Source of the DNA: an uncultured Pseudomonadales bacterium
Lineage (GTDB): Bacteria > Patescibacteriota > Microgenomatia > UBA1400 > MFAQ01
Assembly: GCA_964541175.1 (NCBI GenBank)
Contig: CAZIPD010000004.1
Coordinates: 1 to 39,410, forward strand
DNA length: 39,410 nucleotides
Direction: 5' to 3'
The number at the start of each line of letters is the position of its first letter. Position 1 is the stretch's first letter. The notes under the pieces were generated by a model that was not told the origin of the DNA, searched no databases, and saw nothing but the letters and a program-made list of their open reading frames with translations. Below are positions 1 through 8,498 of this stretch, piece after piece. A program made the translations under genes and the position numbers.

Positions 1-1202
1 ATAAACCGGATATTGTAGGGATTACCTGCGTGTCCCAAAATTATAATCTGGCGATAGAATACGCAAAAATTGCCAAGAAAAGAAAACTTCCCGTTCTGAT
101 AGGAGGAACACACATCACGGTATTACCCGAGACTCTGACAAGAGATATGGATGTGGCAGTGATCGGAGAGGGTGAGGAGGCGATTAAGGAACTATTCGCT
201 ATATACATGAAGAAGGGGCGTTTTGTGAAAGCGGACTTGAAAAAATTGAAGGGATTAGCCTTCTGGGACGGGAAGAAATTAGTCCAGACCGAAAAACGGT
301 CACCAGTGGCACTCATGGATTCAATACCAAATCCGGCGAGAGACCTAATGAAAATTGAAAAGTGTACTCATGTATTTTCTTCCCGTGGATGTCCGTACAG
401 ATGTGTTTTTTGCGCCTCCTCTCGTTTCTGGAATAGTACCAGATTCTTTTCGGCAAAATACGTCGTTGACGAGATCAAGTATCTGTACGAAAAACACGGT
501 GTTAGGGAAATAGATTTCTGGGACGATCTATTTATTGTCAGCAAGGATAGAATCAAGGAAATCGTTTCACTTCTGCGCAAAGAAAATCTCTTGGGGAAAA
601 TCTCATTTAGCTGTGCCGTTCGATCAAATTTGATCGATGAAAGCATGGCTAGATTATTAAAAAAGCTGAATGTGAAGGGGGTATCAATGGGACTCGAATC
701 GGGAAATCCAAGAATTCTAAACTATCTTAAAGGACACACGATCAATATCAAAGACCACATGAGGGCGATCCGGATATTCAAGAAATACGGTATTGAGCCA
801 AGCGCATCTTTTATTATCGGTTCACCAAACGAAACCCGCGAAGAGATCATGCAAACCTTCAAATTTATTAAGGATAGTAAATTGCGTGGTTTCGGAATTT
901 ATGTCCTGACACCACTGCCGGGAACCCCTATTTGGCAATACGCCAAAGAAAGAGGGTTGGTAAGCGAGAAAATGGATTGGAGTAGATTAAATGTTGAGTT
1001 CCTGGAGAATCATGAACAAGCGATAATATTGTCAGAAACACTAACAAGAGAGGAGTTGTACAAAATTATTATGATGTTTAAGTCACTACAGAGAAGACGC
1101 CATATTATCGATTACCTTAAGCATCCAATTTATATCCTCAGATTTATTTATCACTTTGTGAAGGATAGGTTTCATCCTCTTGCTTCACTGTCTTATCGAT
1201 AG
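1..1202 (+). CDS. B12-binding-domain radical SAM enzyme (5' end cut by window edge)
   Basis: The frame is open from nt 3 (KPDIVGITCVSQNY...). It has a cobalamin-binding-like segment LPVLIGGTHITVLPE, then the radical SAM cluster motif SRGCPYRCVFCAS (CxxxCxxC). The GTG at 30 in the ORF track is probably internal. Confidence 0.8.
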   Translation, partial: KPDIVGITCVSQNYNLAIEYAKIAKKRKLPVLIGGTHITVLPETLTRDMDVAVIGEGEEAIKELFAIYMKKGRFVKADLKKLKGLAFWDGKKLVQTEKRSPVALMDSIPNPARDLMKIEKCTHVFSSRGCPYRCVFCASSRFWNSTRFFSAKYVVDEIKYLYEKHGVREIDFWDDLFIVSKDRIKEIVSLLRKENLLGKISFSCAVRSNLIDESMARLLKKLNVKGVSMGLESGNPRILNYLKGHTINIKDHMRAIRIFKKYGIEPSASFIIGSPNETREEIMQTFKFIKDSKLRGFGIYVLTPLPGTPIWQYAKERGLVSEKMDWSRLNVEFLENHEQAIILSETLTREELYKIIMMFKSLQRRRHIIDYLKHPIYILRFIYHFVKDRFHPLASLSYR

Positions 1203-2284
1203 CATAAACTTCTGTATATCTCCCCTATTCTCTTGGCGACTTTTGTACAGTCATACTCTTTTTCGGCAAGAACCCGGGAAGCTCTTCCCATACTTTTCCT
1301 GATGTCCTGGTTGTTGATGAGATATTCAAGATTCTTCTTCAGGGCGATGACATTCCCGGGCTTGATATATATGGCGGAAGAGCCGCAAGTTTCGGTAGTG
1401 CCTCCCGCGTCTGAGGTGATAATCGGAAGTCCTGAAGCCATGGCTTCAATGAGTGACATGCCATATTGTTCTTCCCAGGTTTTCGTCTTTCTACTTGGAA
1501 GAACAAAAATGTCGGCTGATTGATATTCGTTATGGATCTTGCTGTATGGTACTTTTTTTACAGTAACATTTTTGTATCCTTGTAAATCCTTTTTCAAAGG
1601 ACCATCTCCTACAAACGTTAACCACACCTTGTTATTTTTCTGGAGAATTTTGATAAATGCCTCTAGTAGATCCTCAACACCTTTTTCCGGAACTAGTCTG
1701 GCAACACATAAAATTCGAATATTTTTGCTTTTTTTCTGAGTGTGATCCGGTTTGAATTTATTTAGATCAATACCTAATTTGACCACCTCGATTTTATTGT
1801 CGTTAACACCTTCTTTGATCAGAGCTAGCCTGGCTTTATTCGTAACCGTGATGAATTTATCGATATTTTCATAGGCATATTGCTTATACCTCTTTCTCCC
1901 TTTTGTGCCCTCATTATTGTTGGGTATGGTCTCCCATACCGTACTGATTACTTTTCTAACGTGTCCTCTTCTCTTGGCCATGATGGCTTGATGGGTATAT
2001 CCATAATATGTTTCTGCCACGTGGACGATATCACTTCCTTTGATAACTTTTTCAAGGCCAAATAACTGGTGTGCGTCAGTGAATATTCTGTTAAGAATTG
2101 GATACTTGAATGGAAAATCCGGTAAGTCAGTTGGAGCCCAAAGTTTTTTTACAGGAATGTTTAATCTTGATGAAATAGGATGATGCGAAGAAATTGCTTG
2201 TATATCGAAATCATCCTTGAGGGGAGTATAGTTTTGGAGCTCATAGGGGTTTAAGAATGCTCCTCTGACGATTGAGATTTTCAT
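1193..2284 (-). CDS. Glycosyltransferase, GT4 / group-1 family
   Basis: C-terminal GT-B signature EQYGMSLIEAMASGLPIITSDAGG (the E-x7-E region) in a 363-aa protein. There is a 4-nt overlap with the upstream GT gene. Confidence 0.8.
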   Translation of the reverse strand: MKISIVRGAFLNPYELQNYTPLKDDFDIQAISSHHPISSRLNIPVKKLWAPTDLPDFPFKYPILNRIFTDAHQLFGLEKVIKGSDIVHVAETYYGYTHQAIMAKRRGHVRKVISTVWETIPNNNEGTKGRKRYKQYAYENIDKFITVTNKARLALIKEGVNDNKIEVVKLGIDLNKFKPDHTQKKSKNIRILCVARLVPEKGVEDLLEAFIKILQKNNKVWLTFVGDGPLKKDLQGYKNVTVKKVPYSKIHNEYQSADIFVLPSRKTKTWEEQYGMSLIEAMASGLPIITSDAGGTTETCGSSAIYIKPGNVIALKKNLEYLINNQDIRKSMGRASRVLAEKEYDCTKVAKRIGEIYRSLCYR

Positions 2285-3381
2285 GTTTTTTCAACGATAT
2301 TGGCGAATTTTCTCTCCCAGTTTTCGGCATTCCATAAACTCGAGTTCCGCACGCACTCCTGGCATGATTTTATTTTTAGTAGCTTACTGACGTATTCCTT
2401 GAATTCGCCGGTGCTCCTGCTTGTTAGATAGCCTGTCTTACCGTTAATTATGGTTTCTGACACCCCCCCCTCTTTCACTGCCACAACTGGGGTCCCGCAT
2501 GCTTGAGCCTCTATTGAAGTAAGACCAAAAGGTTCATAATGTGCTCCGATACAGAGTACTATTGATGAACTATAGTAGTTTATAAGTTCTTGGTCGGAAA
2601 TATTGTTAACCATCTTGATATATTTAGTTTTATTACCAGCTAAAATCATTAATTTTTTAATTTCGTAAGATTTTCCCGACCCGATGATAAGCAAAGTATA
2701 TTTACCTAATAAGGGTAATACTGCTTCAAGAACAAAGTATGGGTCTTTTATTTTGTTAATGCTTCCAACAAAAAGGATTCTGTTTGTTTTTTGTATTGTC
2801 GGTTTAAATTTTTTCGTGTCGACAGATGGATATAAGAGCGTTGATTTCATTCCGTAGATTTTCCTTATGACTTTCTGAGAATATCTTGAGTTTGCAATGA
2901 TAATATTCGCTTTTTTAACATTGCCTTCATCAATTATTTTTATGGGGTATCTAATTATGTTCGCTATCATTTGTTTAATTGATGGTGAATGGATCGACCA
3001 ATGTTCGTAAAACTCTCTCTGTGGCTCGTGACAAAAATATAGGCTTTTTGTCTTTAAATATCTAAGTAGAAACGGTGATTTTGTTAGATAATCATGGTGT
3101 ACAACGACCAAATCAAATTTTTCTTTATCGATTTCGTTTGCTAATTTACTGTGAATCTTACCTAATTTAAAAAATATCCAGAAGTTTCTTAAGATGAATC
3201 CCTTCCAGGGAGAGATCTTAATAAATGTTGATGTGATTCTCTTTTTAGGTTGATAGTAAATTTTTTCCCCGATGCAATAAAAGCTGATTGAGTGATCATT
3301 TTTTTCGAAGTATTCTTCAATCTGACCCAATACCCTTCTAGCTCCGCCTTCAGGAAGATTGTGATATACCGCAATTTTCAT
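2281..3381 (-). CDS. Glycosyltransferase, GT4 / group-1 family
   Basis: Signature EPFGLTSIEAQACGTPVVAVKEGGVSE in a 366-aa protein. The DNA is very AT-rich (about 27-33% GC in sampled lines). Confidence 0.8.
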   Translation of the reverse strand: MKIAVYHNLPEGGARRVLGQIEEYFEKNDHSISFYCIGEKIYYQPKKRITSTFIKISPWKGFILRNFWIFFKLGKIHSKLANEIDKEKFDLVVVHHDYLTKSPFLLRYLKTKSLYFCHEPQREFYEHWSIHSPSIKQMIANIIRYPIKIIDEGNVKKANIIIANSRYSQKVIRKIYGMKSTLLYPSVDTKKFKPTIQKTNRILFVGSINKIKDPYFVLEAVLPLLGKYTLLIIGSGKSYEIKKLMILAGNKTKYIKMVNNISDQELINYYSSSIVLCIGAHYEPFGLTSIEAQACGTPVVAVKEGGVSETIINGKTGYLTSRSTGEFKEYVSKLLKIKSCQECVRNSSLWNAENWERKFANIVEKT

Positions 3382-3402
3382 ATTGATTTGTTGGCGGGGA
3401 TT

Positions 3403-5466
3403 ATGTTAAATGAAGCAATGAGGAAAATATTATCTGTACTAGGTATTCTGATTATACTTGTGTTTCTATCAGCGAATATTGTATTCGCTAATTTTATTGA
3501 TGAGTTTAATGGTAGTTCACTTAACGAGGCTTGGGATTCGTATTATAATTCGGGTATCATTTCTGTGAGTGGAGGAAGATTACATTTAATTAGTGCCCTA
3601 TGGGATAGAAGTTTCCCTTACGTGAGACCGACAGGAAGCATTTTCCCAAATCACGGTGATTATTCTGTGGATATATCATACCAATATAGCTCTGCTGGTT
3701 TCGGGTCAGGAATTATTTTCTCATCTCAAGATCCCAATATAAATGGGCAGCTTCATACAATTCCTCTTCCTTATTTGTTTCATGTATGGCAAGGAAACTT
3801 AGAAGGCCTTCAAATATATACTGGTCTTTGCGAGAATAATTCGGATTTCTGTGGTATACCAAGATTAATTCGTCAATATGGAATTCATGATTTTGAACCG
3901 CACAAGATAAGGATTACTGTTTCTGAAGATGGAATATACAGTTTGTACTCAGATGATGAACTTTTTCCTTTTTTTGTTTCTGGAAATACAAATATAAAAA
4001 TTAAATCACTAATGTTAGGAAATTCTGAGACTACTAACACATTTGGCTGGTGGAGTTCAATGGACGTCGATTTTGTTAGGATTGAAGAGGCGTCTGTTGT
4101 TATTCCAAACCCAAAGATTATCTTAGTTCCTGGACTAGGAACCAGTTGGGATGTTCCAGCTATGCTGTCTGGACAGCCAGGGTCTCATTGGGAGATTCCA
4201 CCATTTGTGACTATTTATGATAGTTTGCTTAAATCGTTAGAGAATATTGGATACGTACCAAATGATGATTTACTGGTTTTCCCGTATGACTGGAGAAAGC
4301 CACTGAGTACTTTATCCGATGAGCTTCAAACCTTTATAGATGACAACACAGTACCAAATCAAAAAGTAATTCTTATCGGCCACAGTGCAGGAGGTTTGGT
4401 GGGAAGAATGTATGCCCAAGAACACGGGGTGGATAAGCTGGATCGTATCATTACAGCTGGATCACCTCATCAAGGCTTATTGGATGCGTATAGTGTCTGG
4501 GAAGGTGCCGAGGTCTGGGGGAACGTCTGGTGGGAGAAAGCGTCTCTTGAGCTAGCCTCCGAAATAAACAGGGGAACAAATGAAAACAAGGTAGATTCCA
4601 TTAGAAGACAGGCTCCTCTGATAAAGGATTTAATGCCGACCTATGATTTTTTGAGTTTTGATGGTGTTCTGAAACCTCAAAATCAACTTATTGAACGGAA
4701 TATTTACTTGTCAGAGAAGAATGATTCTGTGGATACCATTAATCCTTTTATGTCTGCCATTATTGGGACTGGAAAGCAAACCAGGTGGATAATTAACGCT
4801 GAGCCAAGGTCAAGGGCAGATGAACTTAAGGGTTTATGGATAGATGGAAAACCTGTAAAGGAGAATCCTTTTCAATTATCTGACGGTGACGGGACTGTCA
4901 CAGCACAAAGTGCCGCTGGTGGGTTCCAGACTCAATTTAATATTGCTCCTTACCACGTTAACCTATTAACTGACAGAGTCGGAATAGAGAAAGTATTTGA
5001 TATTCTGGAATTGGACAAATCAAAGATACAAATTTTGTCTTCAGATAAATATGCTACTTATCGAAAAGTGTTTATGGTAGTTTTACGTTCACCAGGTAGG
5101 TTGGAAGTATGTGACACTGGAGGTCTATGTGACGGCGAACTGGGTTTATATTTCCACAATGACAAACTGTTTATGCTGCCAGGGTATAACGGAAAAGAAT
5201 TAGTAGTCCGAGTTCATTCAGAGAATGATCCTGGTTTGTATACTTTGCACCTGGGAACTATTGATGAAGTTGCTCAGTGGTCATCAGTTTCCGGTGATCT
5301 AAAAGATGCTACCCAAATCGATGAATACAAAGTGCTAAAAGGAAGGGTAGTCCCTTTCTTTAAAAGCCAATGTCTTAAAAATGAGTGGAGCCGGTTAGTC
5401 CCCTCATTTAAAAATCAGGGGGCATGTGTCAGTTTTCTGGAGAGAAATTTTATGGCTTACAAATAG
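3403..5466 (+). CDS. Secreted multidomain protein: N-terminal concanavalin/LamG-like domain plus LCAT/PGAP1-like alpha/beta-hydrolase (lipase/acyltransferase) and a C-terminal beta-rich domain
   Basis: The ORF-track start at 3292 overlaps the divergent GT gene. In-frame ATGs at 3403 and 3418 give MRKILSVLGILIILVFLSANIVFA, a signal peptide. The lipase part has PGLGTSWD, the LCAT-type motif VFPYDWRKP, and the nucleophile elbow ILIGHSAGGLVGR (GxSxG). Confidence 0.7.
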   Translation: MLNEAMRKILSVLGILIILVFLSANIVFANFIDEFNGSSLNEAWDSYYNSGIISVSGGRLHLISALWDRSFPYVRPTGSIFPNHGDYSVDISYQYSSAGFGSGIIFSSQDPNINGQLHTIPLPYLFHVWQGNLEGLQIYTGLCENNSDFCGIPRLIRQYGIHDFEPHKIRITVSEDGIYSLYSDDELFPFFVSGNTNIKIKSLMLGNSETTNTFGWWSSMDVDFVRIEEASVVIPNPKIILVPGLGTSWDVPAMLSGQPGSHWEIPPFVTIYDSLLKSLENIGYVPNDDLLVFPYDWRKPLSTLSDELQTFIDDNTVPNQKVILIGHSAGGLVGRMYAQEHGVDKLDRIITAGSPHQGLLDAYSVWEGAEVWGNVWWEKASLELASEINRGTNENKVDSIRRQAPLIKDLMPTYDFLSFDGVLKPQNQLIERNIYLSEKNDSVDTINPFMSAIIGTGKQTRWIINAEPRSRADELKGLWIDGKPVKENPFQLSDGDGTVTAQSAAGGFQTQFNIAPYHVNLLTDRVGIEKVFDILELDKSKIQILSSDKYATYRKVFMVVLRSPGRLEVCDTGGLCDGELGLYFHNDKLFMLPGYNGKELVVRVHSENDPGLYTLHLGTIDEVAQWSSVSGDLKDATQIDEYKVLKGRVVPFFKSQCLKNEWSRLVPSFKNQGACVSFLERNFMAYK

Positions 5467-5501
5467 AGTGCCTGATGTGTTATACAAATTACATGTTCTT
5501 G

Positions 5502-5575
5502 TGGACCCGGAAGGACTTGAACCTTCGACCTCTGCAATGTGAATGCAGCGCTCTAGCCAGCTGAGCTACGAGTCC
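5502..5575 (-). tRNA. tRNA-Val (anticodon CAC)
   Basis: Hand-folded 74-nt cloverleaf: acceptor GGACTCG/CGGGTCC (one G-U pair), D arm GCTC-AGCTGGCTA-GAGC, anticodon arm CTGCA-TTCACAT-TGCAG, variable loop AGGTC, T arm GAAGG-TTCAAGT-CCTTC, discriminator A. The 3' CCA is not encoded. Confidence 0.9.
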
Positions 5576-5579
5576 AGGC

Positions 5580-5608
5580 TTGAATTATTATACAAGACAA
5601 TCTAAACT
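5580..5608 (+). promoter_or_regulatory. Candidate sigma70-type promoter for lepB (TTGAAT-17 nt-TAAACT)
   Basis: -35 TTGAAT at 5580-5585, a 17-nt spacer, and -10 TAAACT at 5603-5608. It overlaps the divergent tRNA promoter. The -10 ends only 5 nt before the GTG start. Confidence 0.3.
5587..5594 (-). promoter_or_regulatory. Candidate extended -10 promoter (TGTATAAT) for tRNA-Val
   Basis: The minus strand reads CTTGTATAATAATTCAAGCC directly before the mature tRNA 5' end at 5575. The predicted TSS would leave a leader of about 5 nt. No good -35 box was found. Confidence 0.35.
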
Positions 5609-5613
5609 AAATT

Positions 5614-6177
5614 GTGAATTTCCTTAAGAAAATTGTTCGCATCTTGTATGAGTTTATCGAGGCATTTGTGATCTCCGCTTCGGTTTTTGTGGTCGTCTAC
5701 CTATTTTTGATGCAACCTCACCAGGTGAAGGGGAGTTCTATGTTCCCAACCTTTAAGGACCAGGAGTACCTATTGACCGACAAAGTGACTTACAAGGCCA
5801 GGCTCCCCAAGTACGGAGACGTTATTGTGTTCAAAGCCCCAGTTAATGAAAATTTTGACTTTATTAAGCGCGTGATAGCCACACCAGGCCAAACCGTAAT
5901 GATCAAGGGAGGACATGTAGTCGTGAATGGAGAGCCGCTTAATGAATTCTACCTGCCACAGGAATATACGACCAGTCCGGGTCAATTTTTACATGAGAAT
6001 GTTCCTTTTGTGGTCCCCGAAGGTTCTATTATGGCCTTTGGTGATAACCGTGATCACTCATCAGACAGTAGAGATTGGGGTCCTGTACCATATCAGAATA
6101 TAGTGGGAAGGGTATTTTTTAGATACTGGCCTGCTCCTGTAGTCGGAGTAATTTCCAATCCGTTGCTTGCAAAATAA
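5614..6177 (+). CDS. lepB: Signal peptidase I
   Basis: N-terminal TM helix, catalytic Ser box KGSSMFPTF, Lys box FIKRVIATPGQ, and the GDNRDHSSDSRDWGPVP box. The start codon is GTG. Confidence 0.9.
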   Translation: MNFLKKIVRILYEFIEAFVISASVFVVVYLFLMQPHQVKGSSMFPTFKDQEYLLTDKVTYKARLPKYGDVIVFKAPVNENFDFIKRVIATPGQTVMIKGGHVVVNGEPLNEFYLPQEYTTSPGQFLHENVPFVVPEGSIMAFGDNRDHSSDSRDWGPVPYQNIVGRVFFRYWPAPVVGVISNPLLAK

Positions 6178-6180
6178 GGG

Positions 6181-7188
6181 TTAGTAGTCGGGAAAGTTAT
6201 CAGGGTCGGTGGGAACGGTATCCTGGCCTATTTCTGTAGCCTTGTCGAAAATGGGCTCGAAGGGATTTGAGTATGTTGTTTCCGTTTCCTTATCCTCAGG
6301 AGGTGTATCAACGTCTTTTTCTTCAACGGTTACCTCGGGAACAAGTTGCTCAACTGGTTGTGAAGGTGAATTACCAACCAGCGCGTCGTGGATCTTTTGA
6401 ATTTGGCTTTCTGTTTCTTGAGGATTTCCCTTTAAAACGATATGGATGGCGGTTTCAATACGAGAGCGGCGCATTTTTACATGAGCATTCTCACCGATAG
6501 ATTTCTGGAGGTCCGAGGCCATATTATCGATGAATTCGTTAACGGTTTCAGTGTCAAAACCATCGCTTGGCTTGGATTTATGCATGGTTTTCTTGAATCT
6601 GCGGGCAAGTTCTTCGGCCCTTCTCACAGATGCTCCCTCACGAAGAATGATCTTGTAAGCTTCGATCATTTGTTGCTTGTCGGGAATAGCGGCAAGTGCT
6701 CTGGCATGACCCTCAGTGATGACGCCTGAGATTAGGCCATCCTTAAGAGCGTCGGGGAGCTCCAACAAGCGTAAGGTGTTACTGACATAGGCAGGGCTTT
6801 TGCCGATCCGTGTACAAATATCGGAGTTTGATAGGCGGAATTCTTGAATTAGCCTCTCAAAAGAGTTTGCCCTGTCGATAGGGTTGAGATCAGTTCTTTG
6901 AACGTTCTCGACGATAGCCATCTCGAGCATTCCTTGTGGTGTGGTCTCGATGATCCTAACTGGAACCTCCTTAAGGCCAATAAGGCGCGATGCGCGCCAT
7001 CTACGCTCACCAGCAATGATCTGAAAGCCGGCGGGTGTGTGAGCGACTACAAGAGGCTGGATGATACCGTGGGTCTTTATGGAATCTATGAGTTCGGAGA
7101 GCGACTCTGGGGTAATGACACCTCTTGGCTGGAGCGGATTGGGCTGAAGTTGATCAATCGGTAGAAGAGTGATCTGCCCGTTATCCAT
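6181..7188 (-). CDS. parB: ParB/Spo0J-family partition / nucleoid-binding protein with acidic C-terminal tail
   Basis: ParB N-terminal motifs IQPLVV and the arginine patch GERRWRASR, followed by an HTH region. The ATG lies immediately after the rpmA stop codon (TAA-ATG). Confidence 0.85.
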   Translation of the reverse strand: MDNGQITLLPIDQLQPNPLQPRGVITPESLSELIDSIKTHGIIQPLVVAHTPAGFQIIAGERRWRASRLIGLKEVPVRIIETTPQGMLEMAIVENVQRTDLNPIDRANSFERLIQEFRLSNSDICTRIGKSPAYVSNTLRLLELPDALKDGLISGVITEGHARALAAIPDKQQMIEAYKIILREGASVRRAEELARRFKKTMHKSKPSDGFDTETVNEFIDNMASDLQKSIGENAHVKMRRSRIETAIHIVLKGNPQETESQIQKIHDALVGNSPSQPVEQLVPEVTVEEKDVDTPPEDKETETTYSNPFEPIFDKATEIGQDTVPTDPDNFPDY

Positions 7189-7440
7189 TTATTTTGCTAC
7201 TACTTCGACGAAATTAATGCCCTTGTTTTTCTTGAAATTGACTTTACCAGGAGAGGTAGCATACAAGGAGAAATCTCTTCCGAGAGAGGTGTTTTCACCC
7301 GAATGGAATTGAGCTCCGCGTTGACGAACTATGATCTGACCGGTTTTTACTTCCTGTCCACCATAAATCTTAACTCCCAGTCTTTTACCTGGACGTTGAG
7401 CATGTTGTCTGGTTGCTCCACCGGATTTGACGTGTGCCAT
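7189..7440 (-). CDS. rpmA: 50S ribosomal protein L27
   Basis: MAHVKSGGATRQHAQRPGKRLGVKIYGGQ... is the canonical L27 N-terminus. There is no N-terminal propeptide. Confidence 0.95.
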   Translation of the reverse strand: MAHVKSGGATRQHAQRPGKRLGVKIYGGQEVKTGQIIVRQRGAQFHSGENTSLGRDFSLYATSPGKVNFKKNKGINFVEVVAK

Positions 7441-7446
7441 ATATTT

Positions 7447-8493
7447 TTATTTCTGTAAGGTAATTATTTCACGCTTGATACCTGCTTCTGGGCGGGAATA
7501 TACCACGCGCGCTAGCAGATTGTAACTTAGATTTTTCACGGAGTCAATGATACGGCTGGTGTGGTATTCCTTTCGAGCACCGGTTAGGATCGGGAAAACC
7601 ATGATGATGTATCCCCCACTTTTGAGAGCTTTATGCCAGTCTTTGAGACACCCAAGATAGAGCTTTTCCAGGCCTTTGACGGCGTAATCTACCTGATCGG
7701 GACGGAGGTTGGGTTTGCCCAGAAAAGGTTCAGTAACGATGGCGTCGATATCGGTGAACTTTTTACTAAGATGGGTAGCGTCGTAGACGAAGATTTCTCC
7801 TTCGATCCCAAGGTGCTTGAGGTTAGCTTGCGAATCCGACACCTGAGATGCTGAAGCATCAAGCCCGGCAACCCTGTAACCAAGCTCCGACGCTTCTACC
7901 AGGATTCTGCCGGACCCGCAGAATGGGTCGACCAGGAGTTTTCCCTGTGTATCACCCGGGATTAGGTTGACCATGCTTCTGGCAATTTTGGGGGGGAGCA
8001 TGCCGGCTTTAGCGTTCACAAAAGGCATTTCGCGGTCCTTTTTGATCCAATGTTCAAAATCATGGACCCAAACGGTGCGGTAGATCTTTTTGTCTTTTTG
8101 ATCGACCAAGAGTTCGTCAATTTTATTTTTGACAATGATCACCGGTGACAGGCCGAATTCGTTCTTGGGAACAACGAACCTGACTTTTCCCAAGATGTCC
8201 TTAACCGCCTCGCAAAGATCATATGATCTTGAAAGTTCGTTGAGGTCGGTGATCGAAAATTCTTTTTGAGTGATGAGGGAGCTGAGGTTCTTGGCACCGG
8301 TATCCTTAGTTTCCAACTCTTCAGCAATTTTGAGGCTTGATCCCAAGGAGGATGCCAGCTTAATAGCTTCTTCTTTGTCACCGGCGTCAAATGAATACAC
8401 AAATTCAGATACCTGAGAACTACCAGGAATCCTAACGGAAATCTCCGGACCGGCTAGTGTGTTGCCGGAGCCAACGAACAGGATGAAGCGCAT
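7447..8493 (-). CDS. SAM-dependent RNA (probably N2-guanine, UPF0020/Trm11/RlmL-like) methyltransferase with an N-terminal accessory domain
   Basis: MLPPKIARSMVNL, then SAM motif I LVDPFCGSGRILVEA, and motif IV variant DAIVTEPFLG (the D/N-P-P-Y/F position). Confidence 0.65.
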   Translation of the reverse strand: MRFILFVGSGNTLAGPEISVRIPGSSQVSEFVYSFDAGDKEEAIKLASSLGSSLKIAEELETKDTGAKNLSSLITQKEFSITDLNELSRSYDLCEAVKDILGKVRFVVPKNEFGLSPVIIVKNKIDELLVDQKDKKIYRTVWVHDFEHWIKKDREMPFVNAKAGMLPPKIARSMVNLIPGDTQGKLLVDPFCGSGRILVEASELGYRVAGLDASASQVSDSQANLKHLGIEGEIFVYDATHLSKKFTDIDAIVTEPFLGKPNLRPDQVDYAVKGLEKLYLGCLKDWHKALKSGGYIIMVFPILTGARKEYHTSRIIDSVKNLSYNLLARVVYSRPEAGIKREIITLQK

Positions 8494-8498
8494 TTACT

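Noticed and set aside
1193-5575. A classical tRNA-integrated genomic island or prophage.
   Set aside because: No integrase, transposase or phage genes are present. I found no direct repeat of the tRNA-Val 3' end within the window. Only the compositional shift is reported.
7468-7483. TTATTTCACGCTTGAT, and TATCACGTGCTT near 31604, as possible parS sites.
   Set aside because: Only a half-site matches the TGTTTCACGTGAAACA consensus. Both lie inside coding sequence.
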